From assembly GCA_965214835.1 (NCBI GenBank), contig CBDCCK010000002.1, positions 2,368,001 to 2,432,000 of the forward strand: 64,000 nt of DNA, read 5' to 3'. The position numbers and the translations under genes were made by a program. Shown one piece after another: positions 32,690-43,980 of the stretch. The notes beneath the pieces were generated by a model, which searched no databases, had not been told where the DNA came from, and saw nothing but the letters and a program-made list of their open reading frames with translations. Each line of letters begins with the position of its first letter. Position 1 is the stretch's first letter. The stretch comes from Nitrosopumilaceae archaeon (lineage in GTDB: Archaea; Thermoproteota; Nitrososphaeria; Nitrososphaerales; Nitrosopumilaceae).

Positions 32690-33916
32690 ATGGCTAGATT
32701 CACCGAGGAAATCGAGGTAAGGGGCCACCTCATCGACTCGTCAATCCTTACCAAAATCTTTGACGCAATCATGGATCTTGGCGGCGAGTTTGACATACTG
32801 GATATCAGCGTGGGCAAAAAGAAGCTTGATCCATCATTTGCAAGACTGTCGATTCATGCAGGGAGCCAAAAACAGCTAGACAGGATAATGGATGCGGCAT
32901 ACAGGCAGGGTGCAGTATCGCCGAGGCAAATGGAGGCCAAGCTGCAGGCCGCCCTAAAGGACATGGTCATGCCGGAGAACTTTTACAGCACAACAAACAA
33001 TCGCACCCATGTATTTTACAGGAATAGATGGATCGAGGTTGACAACATGATGATGGACAAGTGCATAGTAGTCCGGGGGGGCCACGCCTCGTGCGTCCCG
33101 ATTCGCGACATAAAAAAGGGTGACAAGATCGTCGTAGGTGATGCCGGCATCAAGGTCACCCCTCCTGAAAGACCACGCGAGGGCGTCAACGTCTTTGAGT
33201 TCATGGGCAGCAGCAGCTCAAGCGAGAGGCCGACCCAGCACATTGCAAAGCAGGTGGCGCTGGACATAGTCAAAACCAAAAAGGAGGGCGGCAAGATCGT
33301 GCTGGTCGGGGGCCCCGCAATCGTTCATACCGGTGCGGCCCCTGCAGTTGCAGAGCTGGTCAGGAAGGGATACATCCACGGAGTCCTGGCAGGCAACGCA
33401 CTGGCGGTGCACGATATCGAATATGCCACACTGGGCACCTCGCTGGGGATGAACGTACATGACGGCACCCTGGCCATTCGCGGCCACAGGAACCACATGG
33501 ACGCGGTAAACTCTGTGTTTCGCGCAGGCTCCATCCCGAAGATGGTAAAATCAGGCAGGCTCAGGAGCGGGATAATGTACGAATGTGTGAAAAACAAGGT
33601 TCCGTTTGTCCTGGCCGCATCCATCCGGGACGACGGCCCGCTTCCAGACGTGATTACCGACATTACAAAGGCCCAGAGGGACTACAAAAAGATCCTCAAG
33701 GGCGCAAAGATGGTTATAATGATATCCACGATGCTGCACTCCATTGCGACCGGAAACATGCTGCCTGCAGACGTCAAGGTGATTGTCGTGGATATCAACC
33801 AGCCGACTGTCACCAAGCTTATGGATAGGGGTACCTGGCAGGCACTGGGAATAGTCTCTGACGTCGGGGCCTTTTTGCCCCTAGTTGTCGAGCAGATCAA
33901 AAAGTCCAAGGGCTAG
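32690..33916 (+). CDS. TIGR00300-type LOR/SDH-domain protein (ornithine cyclodeaminase-like)
   Basis: GHLIDS, FYSTTN, GNALAVHD, SIRDDGPLP, LHSIATGN. Confidence 0.9.
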   Translation: MARFTEEIEVRGHLIDSSILTKIFDAIMDLGGEFDILDISVGKKKLDPSFARLSIHAGSQKQLDRIMDAAYRQGAVSPRQMEAKLQAALKDMVMPENFYSTTNNRTHVFYRNRWIEVDNMMMDKCIVVRGGHASCVPIRDIKKGDKIVVGDAGIKVTPPERPREGVNVFEFMGSSSSSERPTQHIAKQVALDIVKTKKEGGKIVLVGGPAIVHTGAAPAVAELVRKGYIHGVLAGNALAVHDIEYATLGTSLGMNVHDGTLAIRGHRNHMDAVNSVFRAGSIPKMVKSGRLRSGIMYECVKNKVPFVLAASIRDDGPLPDVITDITKAQRDYKKILKGAKMVIMISTMLHSIATGNMLPADVKVIVVDINQPTVTKLMDRGTWQALGIVSDVGAFLPLVVEQIKKSKG

Positions 33917-35506
33917 GTAACAGGATAGCCCCTGCCTAGAGTTGAAGTCACGACCCCCCCCCGCCGTCTAGGCATGAAAATCACGCCTGCATGCAGATCC
34001 GTACATGATTGCTAGGGGCAGATGACCACGTATCCGGGGTTTTTGGCCAGCGCGTCCATGATCATGTCCGTAACGCTACACCCCCGGAGGCGCCATGTCA
34101 GGATGCACGTCGATATGTTGCCGAACATCTTCTGCCCGCCTGCAGTCCGAACCGTATCTTGCGCGCGATCACGCCGGGCCTCAGCGTGCGCTCTGCCGGG
34201 TTGTTGGTGGGATCCATCCCAGGATGCGTCGTAAACGTGTAGAGAAACTTCGAGGCATTGTCAATCTTTGTGGCACAGCTGTCACATCCTTCCTTCCTGT
34301 ATATGGCGGCAATCTCGCGCGTCCCTGCCACCAGCCTGTTGCGCTGCCGGGCTCCCTCCGGGGGGGCCAGTCCCTTGGCGTGGTGCAACTGCTCCCTGAG
34401 GCGCCTGCCTGCGTCGCAGACCTCCGGGGAGTCCGTTTTCTCGCTTTGGGTATCTGCCTCCCGGATTATGTGGGTCCAGCACCGCTGCCTGTTCCTGCCG
34501 AAGAACTTTTCGTACCCGGGGTATCCGTCGGTCACCCCGACTCTGGGCACGTATGAAAAGTGCTGATCGAGTACGGATGCCCTCCTGCTGTCAGTTGCCA
34601 CCATGTGCGCGCCGACGGCATTGCTGTCCTTGACGCCCACTGCCACCCACATGTAGCCGCTCCTGCCGTCGTATGGCATCCCCGTCTCGTCCATGTGGAC
34701 GTGGTCGCATCCTGCAATGTCTTTTTTGATGTCCTCCACGCACGGATCAAGCTTCTTTGCAACGGTCTTGAGGCAGTTCTGTATCATCGCCTTGCTTACA
34801 TCAATTTCAAAGATCTCCTTTACGATGCGCCTGATCGAGTCGACGGATGCAGGCATGGCGTGCAGGGTGCCGATATAGGAGGCAATGTTGGGTCCAAACT
34901 CGGTGCCCGGAACGACCAGCCCGCCCCCGTTTGTCGTGGTGATGGCGCCGCACTTGCGGCGGGTAAAGTAGTGCTGTGTCGTGACCGGCTCTGGGATCTC
35001 TGGAATGTCAGTAGCCATCCTGGTTCCGGTGGGAACCGGATCTGTCAGGTCTAGCCTGCTGCACGCGCCGCACCTGTCAGGCACGTGGCTCATTTCCCGG
35101 GTCTGATGCCTCTTGTGTGATACGCCCCCGTGTCCGAGTTTTTGGCCCGGCCTTGCCGGCGCCTTGCCCGGTTCCATTGATGCGGCCGTCTTTTTCTGCC
35201 TGGTTGGTATCGAGTTCTGTGATGACAGGCTGTGCGGGTTCTCATAGTATTTGATGCGCTGCTCGAGCTGCCTATTTTGTGCCGTCAGTGTGGCGATCTG
35301 TGCGGTATCATCGGCCTGTTTTATGGCAGATGCTATCCTTTCTGTGTCAAGCTTCTCCTGCGTCTTCTGAAGCCCCGCCCTGACGCAGACCATCTTCTTG
35401 CTCAATGCCTTGAATTCCGAGGCTGTAGACATGTGTTTCCCGGGTAATGATAGTTTATAGATCAGGTGGTCATAAAAAATCAACTAGGCAGGGGCTAACC
35501 TATTAC
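33917..35506 (-). mobile_element. IS66 type A, diverged copy 3 (transposase 35483-34098, 3' frameshift)
   Basis: TIRs present; different coiled-coil N-terminus; small deletions; no TSD. Confidence 0.92.
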
Positions 35507-35565
35507 GACTCATCCGTAGAGGCTCATTATTCTTCAAGGATTTATGATCGGCAGTAAGGCAAGCA

Positions 35566-35799
35566 TCATCCAGACGGATCTGTCTTTTTTCTGTAAATCA
35601 TCCATAGTGTGACCAGTGTAGTAGCCACTATGAATACAATAACGGCAAGAACTATCGCAAGCCCATAGAAGGTATTCCATTGTACCATGCAGGTCTCCCA
35701 GTCTGCACTCCACTTCAGAAAGAACGGGCAGTCAATCTTAAACTGTGGCTCCTTGCTGGCAAACGCAAGATCTAAAAAAATAAAAAAAAGAGTGATCAT
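35566..35799 (-). CDS. Small membrane protein (77 aa)
   Basis: ATGA overlap with the stop of the upstream reconstructed gene; hydrophobic N-terminus, two Cys, C-terminal TM helix followed by RKK. Confidence 0.6.
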   Translation of the reverse strand: MITLFFIFLDLAFASKEPQFKIDCPFFLKWSADWETCMVQWNTFYGLAIVLAVIVFIVATTLVTLWMIYRKKTDPSG

Positions 35800-35929
35800 C
35801 CTGCCTCCATGTAGATGGTTCCTGGAAGTATCATTATGGCTTGTGCGTGTGCAGTGCTTCTGCCTCTCCATGCTACTTCAGTCTGGTAGCAGTAGAAAGA
35901 GAAAGGTCCCCACTCGTAACATTTGTATT

Positions 35930-37647
35930 AGACCTTATGCGTAAACGAAATTAGCGGCGATGCCCCCGGCGCACGGGCTACAAATGAGGCAAGTCAGGGC
36001 CGGCGCACGCGCGACTGTACCTTACAACGTTGAAAATATTTGATCAAAACCACAACTATTTTCAGACGATTGATTTAGATCCGGGATCCATTCTCGCATA
36101 AGAGTAATGGCAAAGTCCGAGACCGAGCAGATACGACTGCTGAAGAAGAGAATCGAGCAGTACGAGAAGGAGAAGGTACAGGACAGGAAGGAGAAGGCGC
36201 GGGACAAAAAGAAGATCAAGAAGTATGAGAAGAGGATCAAGAGGCACGAGAAGAAGAGCAGGCAGGACAGGAAGGAGAAGGCGCGGGACAGGACGGAGAG
36301 GATGCAGTACAGGAAGGAGATCAGAGAGTACGAGAAGAAGAGCAGGCAGGACGGCAGGAGGCAGGAGCGGGATCAGGAGAGGATAGGGCAGCTGGAACAG
36401 CAGCTGGACGCCGAGCGCCGGATGTGGCCCGCAACCTGGGATGACGACAGGCGCTCCGCGGACAACGCCGCCCTCATGTACAGGCTCGAGGTGCTCGATG
36501 ACATAATCGGTGGCGGGTCCCTGCAGCCCACCACGTCGATGAACCTCCGCCAGTTTGACTACATATATGACCGGTTTACGAAGCTTGCCAAAAAGCACAC
36601 AGAAGGCCCCCTGTTCTCAGAAGACGAGGACAACTTGCCCGGAAACCGGTGCAAGCTGTCCTACCGCCACGCCCTGCTGATGTCGCTGATGCGCAAGTAC
36701 GGAAACCCGACACAGGAGCAGCTTGCGGCATTCTTTGGCATAGACCAGAGCACCGTATGCAGGTACCTCAGGTATTGCGACATGATATTCACCAAGATAC
36801 TGCCCACGCCGGACGCCGTATCGCGAAAGATACGAAACGCCCGCACGATCAAGGAAGTCAAGAAGATCGTCCCGGATCTGACCGTGATTGTAGACGGCAC
36901 GCACATCGACATACAGCGCCCCACAGACAAGGAGCCAAGAAAGGAGGCATACTCTGGCAAGAAGAAGAGCTTTACGCGCAACACCCAGGTGATTGCCGAC
37001 AAGAAGGGACTGGCGATGTATGCAAGCAAGTCGGCGCCCGGAAGCACGCACGACCTCACCATGATAAAGAACAACCCACCGGATCTGGGAATCCTGACTG
37101 CCAGGATGCGCAGCAACAGAAAGCACCCCGAGGACGAGAAGGTAAAGATGTTCTCTGACCTGGGATACATGGGAATCGAGGAGGTGTATCCCGGGGCCAC
37201 ATCCGTGCAGCCCGACAAGAAGCCAAGGAAAGGCAAGCTTACAAAGAAACAGAAAGCGCAGAACAGGAGGATAAGCAGCAAGAGGGTGACAGTAGAGCAC
37301 GCCATAGGACGGATAAAGCAGTACAAGCGGATGCGTGATCCGTACGACGGGACCGCCGAGGAGTTCGACAGGGAGTTCCAGGTGACGGCCGGGCTTGCCA
37401 ACTTTAGGCTGCTGTGGGACAAGCGGAACAAGAAGCTCATGCATGGGTTCTGATACCACGATACGGAGCGCATTGCGGCGCCACACGATGCCGCACTATA
37501 CTGTAGTTTTTACCAGCTGTAATGGCTCGTAGCTGCACTATATACGGACTCTGCCGCCCTCATACACGTCATGTGATGCCGTCAGCCTTGCATGTATGGC
37601 CGGCCACCGTCGGAATATTTCGATCCGGTCGATTACGCATAAGGTCT
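35930..37647 (+). mobile_element. IS5-family (ISL2-like) element
   Basis: TIR AGACCTTATGCGTAA; 3-bp TSD ATT. Confidence 0.9.
36107..37453 (+). CDS. IS5-family transposase with charged coiled-coil N-terminal extension
   Basis: VDGT, YSGKKK, DLGYMG, RVTVEHAIGRIK. Confidence 0.92.
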   Translation: MAKSETEQIRLLKKRIEQYEKEKVQDRKEKARDKKKIKKYEKRIKRHEKKSRQDRKEKARDRTERMQYRKEIREYEKKSRQDGRRQERDQERIGQLEQQLDAERRMWPATWDDDRRSADNAALMYRLEVLDDIIGGGSLQPTTSMNLRQFDYIYDRFTKLAKKHTEGPLFSEDEDNLPGNRCKLSYRHALLMSLMRKYGNPTQEQLAAFFGIDQSTVCRYLRYCDMIFTKILPTPDAVSRKIRNARTIKEVKKIVPDLTVIVDGTHIDIQRPTDKEPRKEAYSGKKKSFTRNTQVIADKKGLAMYASKSAPGSTHDLTMIKNNPPDLGILTARMRSNRKHPEDEKVKMFSDLGYMGIEEVYPGATSVQPDKKPRKGKLTKKQKAQNRRISSKRVTVEHAIGRIKQYKRMRDPYDGTAEEFDREFQVTAGLANFRLLWDKRNKKLMHGF

Positions 37648-38299
37648 ATTCTATCTCTGCCTGGACCTTGAGACTTACATCATCAGTGTGAACCTGCACT
37701 ATGTCGTTATTTGCAGGTCGGTATGAGGCGCTTTGGGTCTCACCGTCCCGTAGCCTCTTGATGGCCTCCTGTGCCTTGTTCTGCCAGTACTCCTTGTTTT
37801 GGAGCAGTCTTTCTTCCGTTACGACACCATATTCTCCTAACTCGAAAACGATCGCCCATGCATCCTGTGTCAGCTTGGTAGTATCCTCGCCATTTTTCTC
37901 GGCGGCGGCTATCTGGGCCTTAATTTCGCTAAACTTGTTGAGAATCTCATAAACCTTTATGTTATATGGATCTTGCTTCATCTGTGCCCTTACGCCTTCA
38001 ATGAGCTCCTGCTGTTTTTCGTCATCCATCTGACCGTATGCTTCTTGTGCTTTTATCTCCCTGACGTATGCATTTTCCCCGGTACTGTCACTGTCTGTTT
38101 GTGCTACGGCCGGAGCCCTGCTTGAAAAAGGCACGGCCATTGCCGCAATCAGGAATGCAAACAGTATTGTCTTTGCGTTTTTTGTAGTCACTGCCTGCCC
38201 TATCATTCTTCATTATATAAGCAGGTATATCCTGATCTGGAGTGCCTTTTCTGAACGGCCTGCGCATGCGATGGCAGTGCCAGCATCTCCGGCTTGGCA

Positions 38300-39814
38300 G
38301 CAGTAACGGCAGTTGGATCCGGGTCGGAGGACTCTTCCAAAGGAGGACCGCAAAAAGCCGAATTCGCGCGGCTATAACGTGCGCAAATTCCATGACTTTC
38401 CACACCCTGAAAAGGCGGCCCAAAGGAAAGGCCAGAGACCAAGGCCGTCACCCGCATGTGCACGGCAGACGCCGAGTTCTGCCCCGACTGTGGCAGCGAG
38501 CTCTCCGACTGGTGTGAAAGGTACACAAGGAAATCCAAGGATCTGGTCGGCGACAGGTGGACCGAGACGGAATGGAGTGCCATCAGGCGCTATTGCAGGC
38601 CATGCAAGAAAAAGCGCACTGCCGACGTGCCCGGGGTGCTGCCCGGGAAGGCACTACGGCACGCGCATCATTGGAATAATTGTGTTTCTTTGCTGCATGT
38701 GCCTATCCTTTGAGAGGATCCAGACCATGTTGCACACGCTTCACGGCGCCTACATACCAAGGTCCACCCTGATCCACCTGTGCGATGTGTCAACTACCAG
38801 GATGATGCCTGTATATGACGGCATTCTGGAGGAAATACGGCGCTCGGGATCCGTCGGGGGTGATGAGACGGGCTGGTTTCTCAACGGGACGGGCCACTAG
38901 GTCTGGGTGCTTGTGACCCGATTCTCGGCATTCTACCACATGGCGCCGTCCCGCTCGGGCGACGTCATAGGCTCGCTCATGGCATCCTTTGGAGGAATCG
39001 CGACCTCTGACTCGTACTCGCCGTGGAACCGCATCGGCTGCATGCACCAAAAGTGCCTCCTGCACTACTTTCGGGACATGTACCTGACGCTGGAGAACCC
39101 CGGCGCCAAGTTTGGTACGATGTTTTGCAGGCTACGCGATATCCTAAAGGACGCAATAGAGATGGGCAGGGCCACGCCCGGGGAGGTGCAGTGCCTCAAG
39201 TATTGCATACATGAGCTTGCCTCGGCCGCGTACACGGACGGGGACTGCATCCAATATGCAAAGCGCCTCAGGAGGGAGGGAGGCCACCCGTTTACGTTCC
39301 TAGAGCATCGCGACGTCGAGTATCACAACAACGGCAGCGAGAGGGCGCTGCGCATGATAGCCGTGATACGAAAGATCCTGTACGGAAACAGGTCAGAGAG
39401 GGGGATGAGGATGACTGAGACCATGTGTACCGTATACGCCACCTGCGAGATGCGCGGCGTCAACTTTTGCTCGTTCGTAACGGACTATCTTGACGGCAGG
39501 GTCACGGAGATCCCGATGCCTGCTCAGTGCGTCGGTGCAGTGGCAGCAGCATAACGGGTAGATACATGGCAGGCCATATTGCCGGCACGCCATGAAATCG
39601 ATCCGGATGCATGGGACTGCCGCCATGTGATGGTGATGACATGATGGTGACGGCCGTAAACGGTGTGCGATACACGGATTCGGTTCCAGTCCGGTGCCGC
39701 TGCAATCCGGATCCCCGAAAACATGGTAGATTGTGTCAAAATTCAGCTTCTAGAGCCCGATCAAACAGATTCGTGTCTGGAATCAGGAACAGCTTCCAGA
39801 GCCCGAGCTGTTAC
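38300..39814 (+). mobile_element. IS66 type C, decayed copy lacking its left end
   Basis: Similar to 12130-13633, with frameshifts and a TAG; right TIR GAGCCCGAGCTGTTAC; left boundary approximate. Confidence 0.88.
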
Positions 39815-40265
39815 GCGCGAATTCGGCTTTTTGCGGTTCTCCTTTGGAACGGAACCCCCAGCCAGCCCGGATCCGGCCGGCGCCGCCGTCGGCGGCTGCC
39901 CGAGTAATGCCCTTAGCTGCTCGTTTTCTTTTTGCAGCTGCTGGTATTTGCCTTGCAGCTGCTCGTTTTCTTTTTGCAGCTGCTGGTATTTGCCTTGCAG
40001 CTGCTCGTTTTCTTTTTGCAGCTGCTGGTTGTCTTTTTCAACATTATCCATCCTTGTTTTCATGTGTTCAAACAGGCGGATCACGTCGGGAATTCTCCAG
40101 TTCACGTCCGTAATGTCAGGATCCCCAACCAATACCCGGAAGGCAGATCCTGGGATCTTTATGTGTTGTGATTTTTCCAGATCTTCCTGCTAGCCGGGGT
40201 GCTGCCCAAAGGGGACTCTAAGGTGGCAAGTCTCACGCCTGAACTTCCCGAGCCCGAGCTGTTAC
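39815..40265 (-). mobile_element. IS66 type C left-end fragment, inverted
   Basis: Left TIR at 40265; MVGDPDITDVNWRIPD N-terminus with 42-bp repeats; truncated at KPNSR. Confidence 0.88.
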
Positions 40266-40453
40266 CAATTTTTTTGCGCCTAAAATCAGGGCTATGCAGC
40301 AGCTAGTCGGTAAGAGAGTTTACGCCTTCCAGAAAATGCGGCGTGGCAGGCATGGTGGTCGAGGGTTTGGCCGGCAGTGTCATCTAGGGGGTAAACTCAC
40401 GCTCGGGAGGGGCAGAAGAAGCCAAATATACCGCTGGATAAGAAAGAGGTCTC

Positions 40454-41659
40454 ATGAATCCGACGCTGCAGGAGGTGGAGAAGGCAGATCAAATGCGGGG
40501 AAAGGAGATCAGAAAGACCCCGCTGGCGTATTCTCCAATCTTTAGCAAGCTGACGGGATCCGAGGTTTATTTCAAGTCAGAGTTTCAGCAAAAGACGGGC
40601 TCGTTTAAGATTCGTGGGGCTCACCACAAGATTCAGACGCTGACTGACGAGGAAAAGAGAAAGGGGGTGGTGGCAGCATCCGCAGGAAACCACGCGCAGG
40701 GGGTAGCATATGCTGCGTCCACAGAAAACATTCCGTGTACCATCGTCATGCCAAAGACGGCATCCCCTGCCAAGGTGGCGGCCACCCGGGGGTATGGGGC
40801 AACGGTAATCCTGGAGGGCACAAACTACGACGAATCATCTGCAAAGGCCCACCTGATTTCAAAGGATACGGGCGCAGTAATGATACATGCGTTTGATGAT
40901 CCACACGTGATCGCAGCACAGGGAGTAATCGGCTTGGAGATCCTAGAGGAGATGCCGGACGTGGAGGAGATCTACGTTCCAATAGGCGGGGGCGGCCTTG
41001 CAGCAGGGGTCCTCACCGCAGTCAAGACCGGCCACCCGGAGATCAGGGTTGTCGGCGTCCAGTCCTCGTCGTTTCCCGCAATGAAGACGTCAGTTGAGAA
41101 AGGGGAACTCGTCACCGACGGTGGAGAAAAAACAATTGCAGACGGCATCTCGGTTCAGACCCCGGGCCGGGACACATTTGGCGTAATCAGGGAGCTGATT
41201 GACGAGATAGTGCTAGTCGACGACGACGAGATCATCAAGACGATGTTTTTGTTGATGGAGAGAAGCAAGATAGTAGTTGAGCCGGCAGGGGCAGTATGCC
41301 TGGCATACCTGCAGGCAAAAAAGCCGGCTCCCGGAAAAAAAATTGCAGTGGTAATGGGGGGCGGAAATGTCGACATGTATCTGCTCGGACAGATAGTGGA
41401 CAAGGGCCTCGTGGCCATGGGACGGCTGCTAAAGATTGAAATCATGCTCAGAGACAAGCCCGGGGCGCTAAAGCAGGTGGTCGATGAAATCACAGAGGTC
41501 AATGCAAACATCGTGGAGGTCATACATGACAGGGTTAGCCATGACGTGGATGCGGGGTCAGTCAGCGTCACCCTGGGCCTGGAGACGGAGGGGGCAGAAC
41601 ACGCAGACAGGCTAATCCGGCACCTTAAGGACAAAAACATAGAGTTCAAGCTGAAATAA
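40454..41659 (+). CDS. ilvA: Threonine ammonia-lyase with C-terminal ACT domain
   Basis: TGSFKIRG, SAGNHAQG, PIGGGGL, DKPGAL. Confidence 0.95.
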   Translation: MNPTLQEVEKADQMRGKEIRKTPLAYSPIFSKLTGSEVYFKSEFQQKTGSFKIRGAHHKIQTLTDEEKRKGVVAASAGNHAQGVAYAASTENIPCTIVMPKTASPAKVAATRGYGATVILEGTNYDESSAKAHLISKDTGAVMIHAFDDPHVIAAQGVIGLEILEEMPDVEEIYVPIGGGGLAAGVLTAVKTGHPEIRVVGVQSSSFPAMKTSVEKGELVTDGGEKTIADGISVQTPGRDTFGVIRELIDEIVLVDDDEIIKTMFLLMERSKIVVEPAGAVCLAYLQAKKPAPGKKIAVVMGGGNVDMYLLGQIVDKGLVAMGRLLKIEIMLRDKPGALKQVVDEITEVNANIVEVIHDRVSHDVDAGSVSVTLGLETEGAEHADRLIRHLKDKNIEFKLK

Positions 41660-42229
41660 TCAGGCGAACCTCTTTTTGTGGAACTTTACCAAGCCGTGCC
41701 TTTTCATCTCCGCAGACTCTCTTACCACGCCCTCGTGCTGGCACTGCTTGTGGGTTCTGAGCCTTTTTTTCAGACGGGGTGACTCGTTTGCAAGAATCTT
41801 CAGCGCGTAGATTCCGGCATTGCCTGCCTTGTTGATTCCTACCGCGGCCACCGGGGAGCCGCTTGGCATCTCCGAAATTGAAAGCAGCGAGTCCATCCCC
41901 CCAAATGCCGAAAAGTTTGTCTTGGATTTTTTATGCTCCTTGTCATTGTAGACTAGTATCGGTACCCCGATGACCGGAATGGTTGTAAACGAGGCAATCA
42001 TCCCCGGCAGGTGCGCCGCACCTCCCGCGCCTGCGATTATGGCCTTGAGGCCAGCCTTTTCGGCGTGTTCTGCGTATTCCTGCAGCCTGGACGGGGTGCG
42101 GTGGGCAGATACAATCTGATCCTCGTGGGCTACGCCGAACTCGTCAAGAATCTCTGCGGCGCCCTTCATTATCCTGCTGTCGGAGCTGGATCCCATGATG
42201 ATGCCGATCAGGGGACTCTTGGATGCCAT
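41660..42229 (-). CDS. purE: N5-CAIR mutase
   Basis: [23 protein letters not shown]. Confidence 0.97.
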   Translation of the reverse strand: MASKSPLIGIIMGSSSDSRIMKGAAEILDEFGVAHEDQIVSAHRTPSRLQEYAEHAEKAGLKAIIAGAGGAAHLPGMIASFTTIPVIGVPILVYNDKEHKKSKTNFSAFGGMDSLLSISEMPSGSPVAAVGINKAGNAGIYALKILANESPRLKKRLRTHKQCQHEGVVRESAEMKRHGLVKFHKKRFA

Positions 42230-42310
42230 GATTAGACAGAGTCCGCGATGCTTTTATCTATAACGAAATTGGAAAGCATGATAAATCCGAGATTCGGAGG
42301 GTAAAACGGA

Positions 42311-43456
42311 ATGGGAAAGGTTCTGGGAATCATAGGCGGGGGGCAGCTTGGAATGATGCTCACCGAGGCCGCACGGCGCCTGCCCGACGAGATATCAGAG
42401 ACAATAGTGCTGGATCCGACGGAAAACTGCCCTGCCTCGCAGGCCGGCGCAAAGCAGATTGTGGCGGATTTCAAGGATCAGGGGGCAATCGAGGAGCTAG
42501 CCGAACGCTCGGACATAATCACGTACGAGATAGAATCAGGAAACAGCGACGTCCTGGGAAATCTGGAAAAAAGTACAACAATCAGCCCCTCGCCGGAGAC
42601 GCTCAGGATCATACAGGACAAGCTTTTGCAAAAGACAGAACTCTCAAGGAATGGCATCGGCGTGGCAGAGTTCCACGCAGTAGAGTCAGTTGGGGGCCTG
42701 AAAAAATCAATAGGCGAGTTTGGCTATCCCGTACTACTAAAGGCCCGCCGCGACGCATATGACGGCAGGGGAAACTACAAGATAGACTCGGAGGGGCAAA
42801 TCCAAGCCGCCTATGACTATTTCAAGGGCCAAAAACTAATGGTAGAAAGGTTCGTCCCGTTCAAAATGGAGGTCTCCGTGATTGCCGCAAGAAGCACAAA
42901 CGGGGAGATTGCGACGTACCCGCTAGTCGAAAACATGCACGAGCAAAACATCCTCAGGATGACCATTGCGCCTGCAAGGGTGGGTGGGGCAGTTGCAGAA
43001 GATGCCCAGAGGCTGGCAGAAAAGACAATGGAGGTGCTGCACGGCGCCGGGGTGTTTGGAATAGAGATGTTCGTCACGCAAGACGACGGGCTGCTGATCA
43101 ACGAGATAGCCCCCCGGGTGCACAATTCCGGACACCACTCGCTGCAGTCAAGCAGGACATCGCAGTTTGAGCAGCACCTGAGGGCAATAATGGGCATGCC
43201 GCTGGGCAGCACCGAGCTGGTCCGCCCCACAGTCATGTACAACATCCTGGGAGAGGCTGGGTTTGAGGGAAGATACGTGGTGGATGACCCGCACGTAGAT
43301 AACACATTCCTGAAGATGTACGGCAAAGAGTCAGCAAGGCCGAAAAGAAAGCTGGGCCACATCAACATAGTGGCAAGGCATGGGGAGGGCCTAGATGAAG
43401 TACTTGAGAGGCTTGAGACGGTAAAGGGTCACCAGATACTGCGCCCCGCAGGCTAG
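42311..43456 (+). CDS. purK: N5-CAIR synthetase
   Basis: GGGQLG, YDGRG, NEIAPRVHNSGH, RKLGH. Confidence 0.97.
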   Translation: MGKVLGIIGGGQLGMMLTEAARRLPDEISETIVLDPTENCPASQAGAKQIVADFKDQGAIEELAERSDIITYEIESGNSDVLGNLEKSTTISPSPETLRIIQDKLLQKTELSRNGIGVAEFHAVESVGGLKKSIGEFGYPVLLKARRDAYDGRGNYKIDSEGQIQAAYDYFKGQKLMVERFVPFKMEVSVIAARSTNGEIATYPLVENMHEQNILRMTIAPARVGGAVAEDAQRLAEKTMEVLHGAGVFGIEMFVTQDDGLLINEIAPRVHNSGHHSLQSSRTSQFEQHLRAIMGMPLGSTELVRPTVMYNILGEAGFEGRYVVDDPHVDNTFLKMYGKESARPKRKLGHINIVARHGEGLDEVLERLETVKGHQILRPAG

Positions 43457-43980
43457 AGGATGTCAAGGGTCGCCACCCCGAAATAGTATCCTGCCGCAGT
43501 CAGCCCCATGCTCCAGGCACAGGAGCCGATGAACGTATAGACTGCAAATTTGGCAAGCCTCATGTTGAGCAGGCCCGCAGGTATGGATACCAGGGAGCGA
43601 ATCCCCGGAATCAGCCTTCCAAACAGCACGGACTTGTCGCCGTATTTTTCAAACCACTCCTGTGCGCGGGTTATCCTTTCCTCCTTTATCCGGATCTTGC
43701 GGGAGTACCTGACGATTGCCTCGCGTCCCAGCTTTAGCGCTATAAAGTATATGATAAACGCCCCCGCCGTGGAGCCGGCGCCGCCTGCCATTCCCGCACC
43801 GGCTATGTGAAGGACGCCCATGTCGTTTTGGAGTATCGTGTATCCTGCCAGCGGAAAGACGGCCTCGCTGGGAATCGGCGGAAAGACGGTCTCGATCAGC
43901 GCTGCCAGAAACACGCCCGGATAGAGGTTGCCTGCCACAAGATCAACGACCCACTGTACAAAGGCATGAATCTCGCTCAA
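43453..43980 (-). CDS. DedA family membrane protein
   Basis: PPIPSE, FEKYG, GRLIPGIRS; TTG start. Confidence 0.93.
   Translation of the reverse strand: MSEIHAFVQWVVDLVAGNLYPGVFLAALIETVFPPIPSEAVFPLAGYTILQNDMGVLHIAGAGMAGGAGSTAGAFIIYFIALKLGREAIVRYSRKIRIKEERITRAQEWFEKYGDKSVLFGRLIPGIRSLVSIPAGLLNMRLAKFAVYTFIGSCAWSMGLTAAGYYFGVATLDIL

Larger units (their letters stand above)
35796..38206 (-). pseudogene. Secreted protein (229 aa reconstructed), split by an IS5-like element
   Basis: Signal peptide KTILFAFLIAAMAVPFS; rejoins in frame EIE|YKCYEWGPFSFYCYQ...MEAG*. Confidence 0.75.

Noticed and set aside
40310-40400. Possible IS66-B-derived MITE (also short ends at ~54277 and an IS5-like one at 53794-53871)
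   Set aside because: TIRs too degenerate and no convincing TSD.
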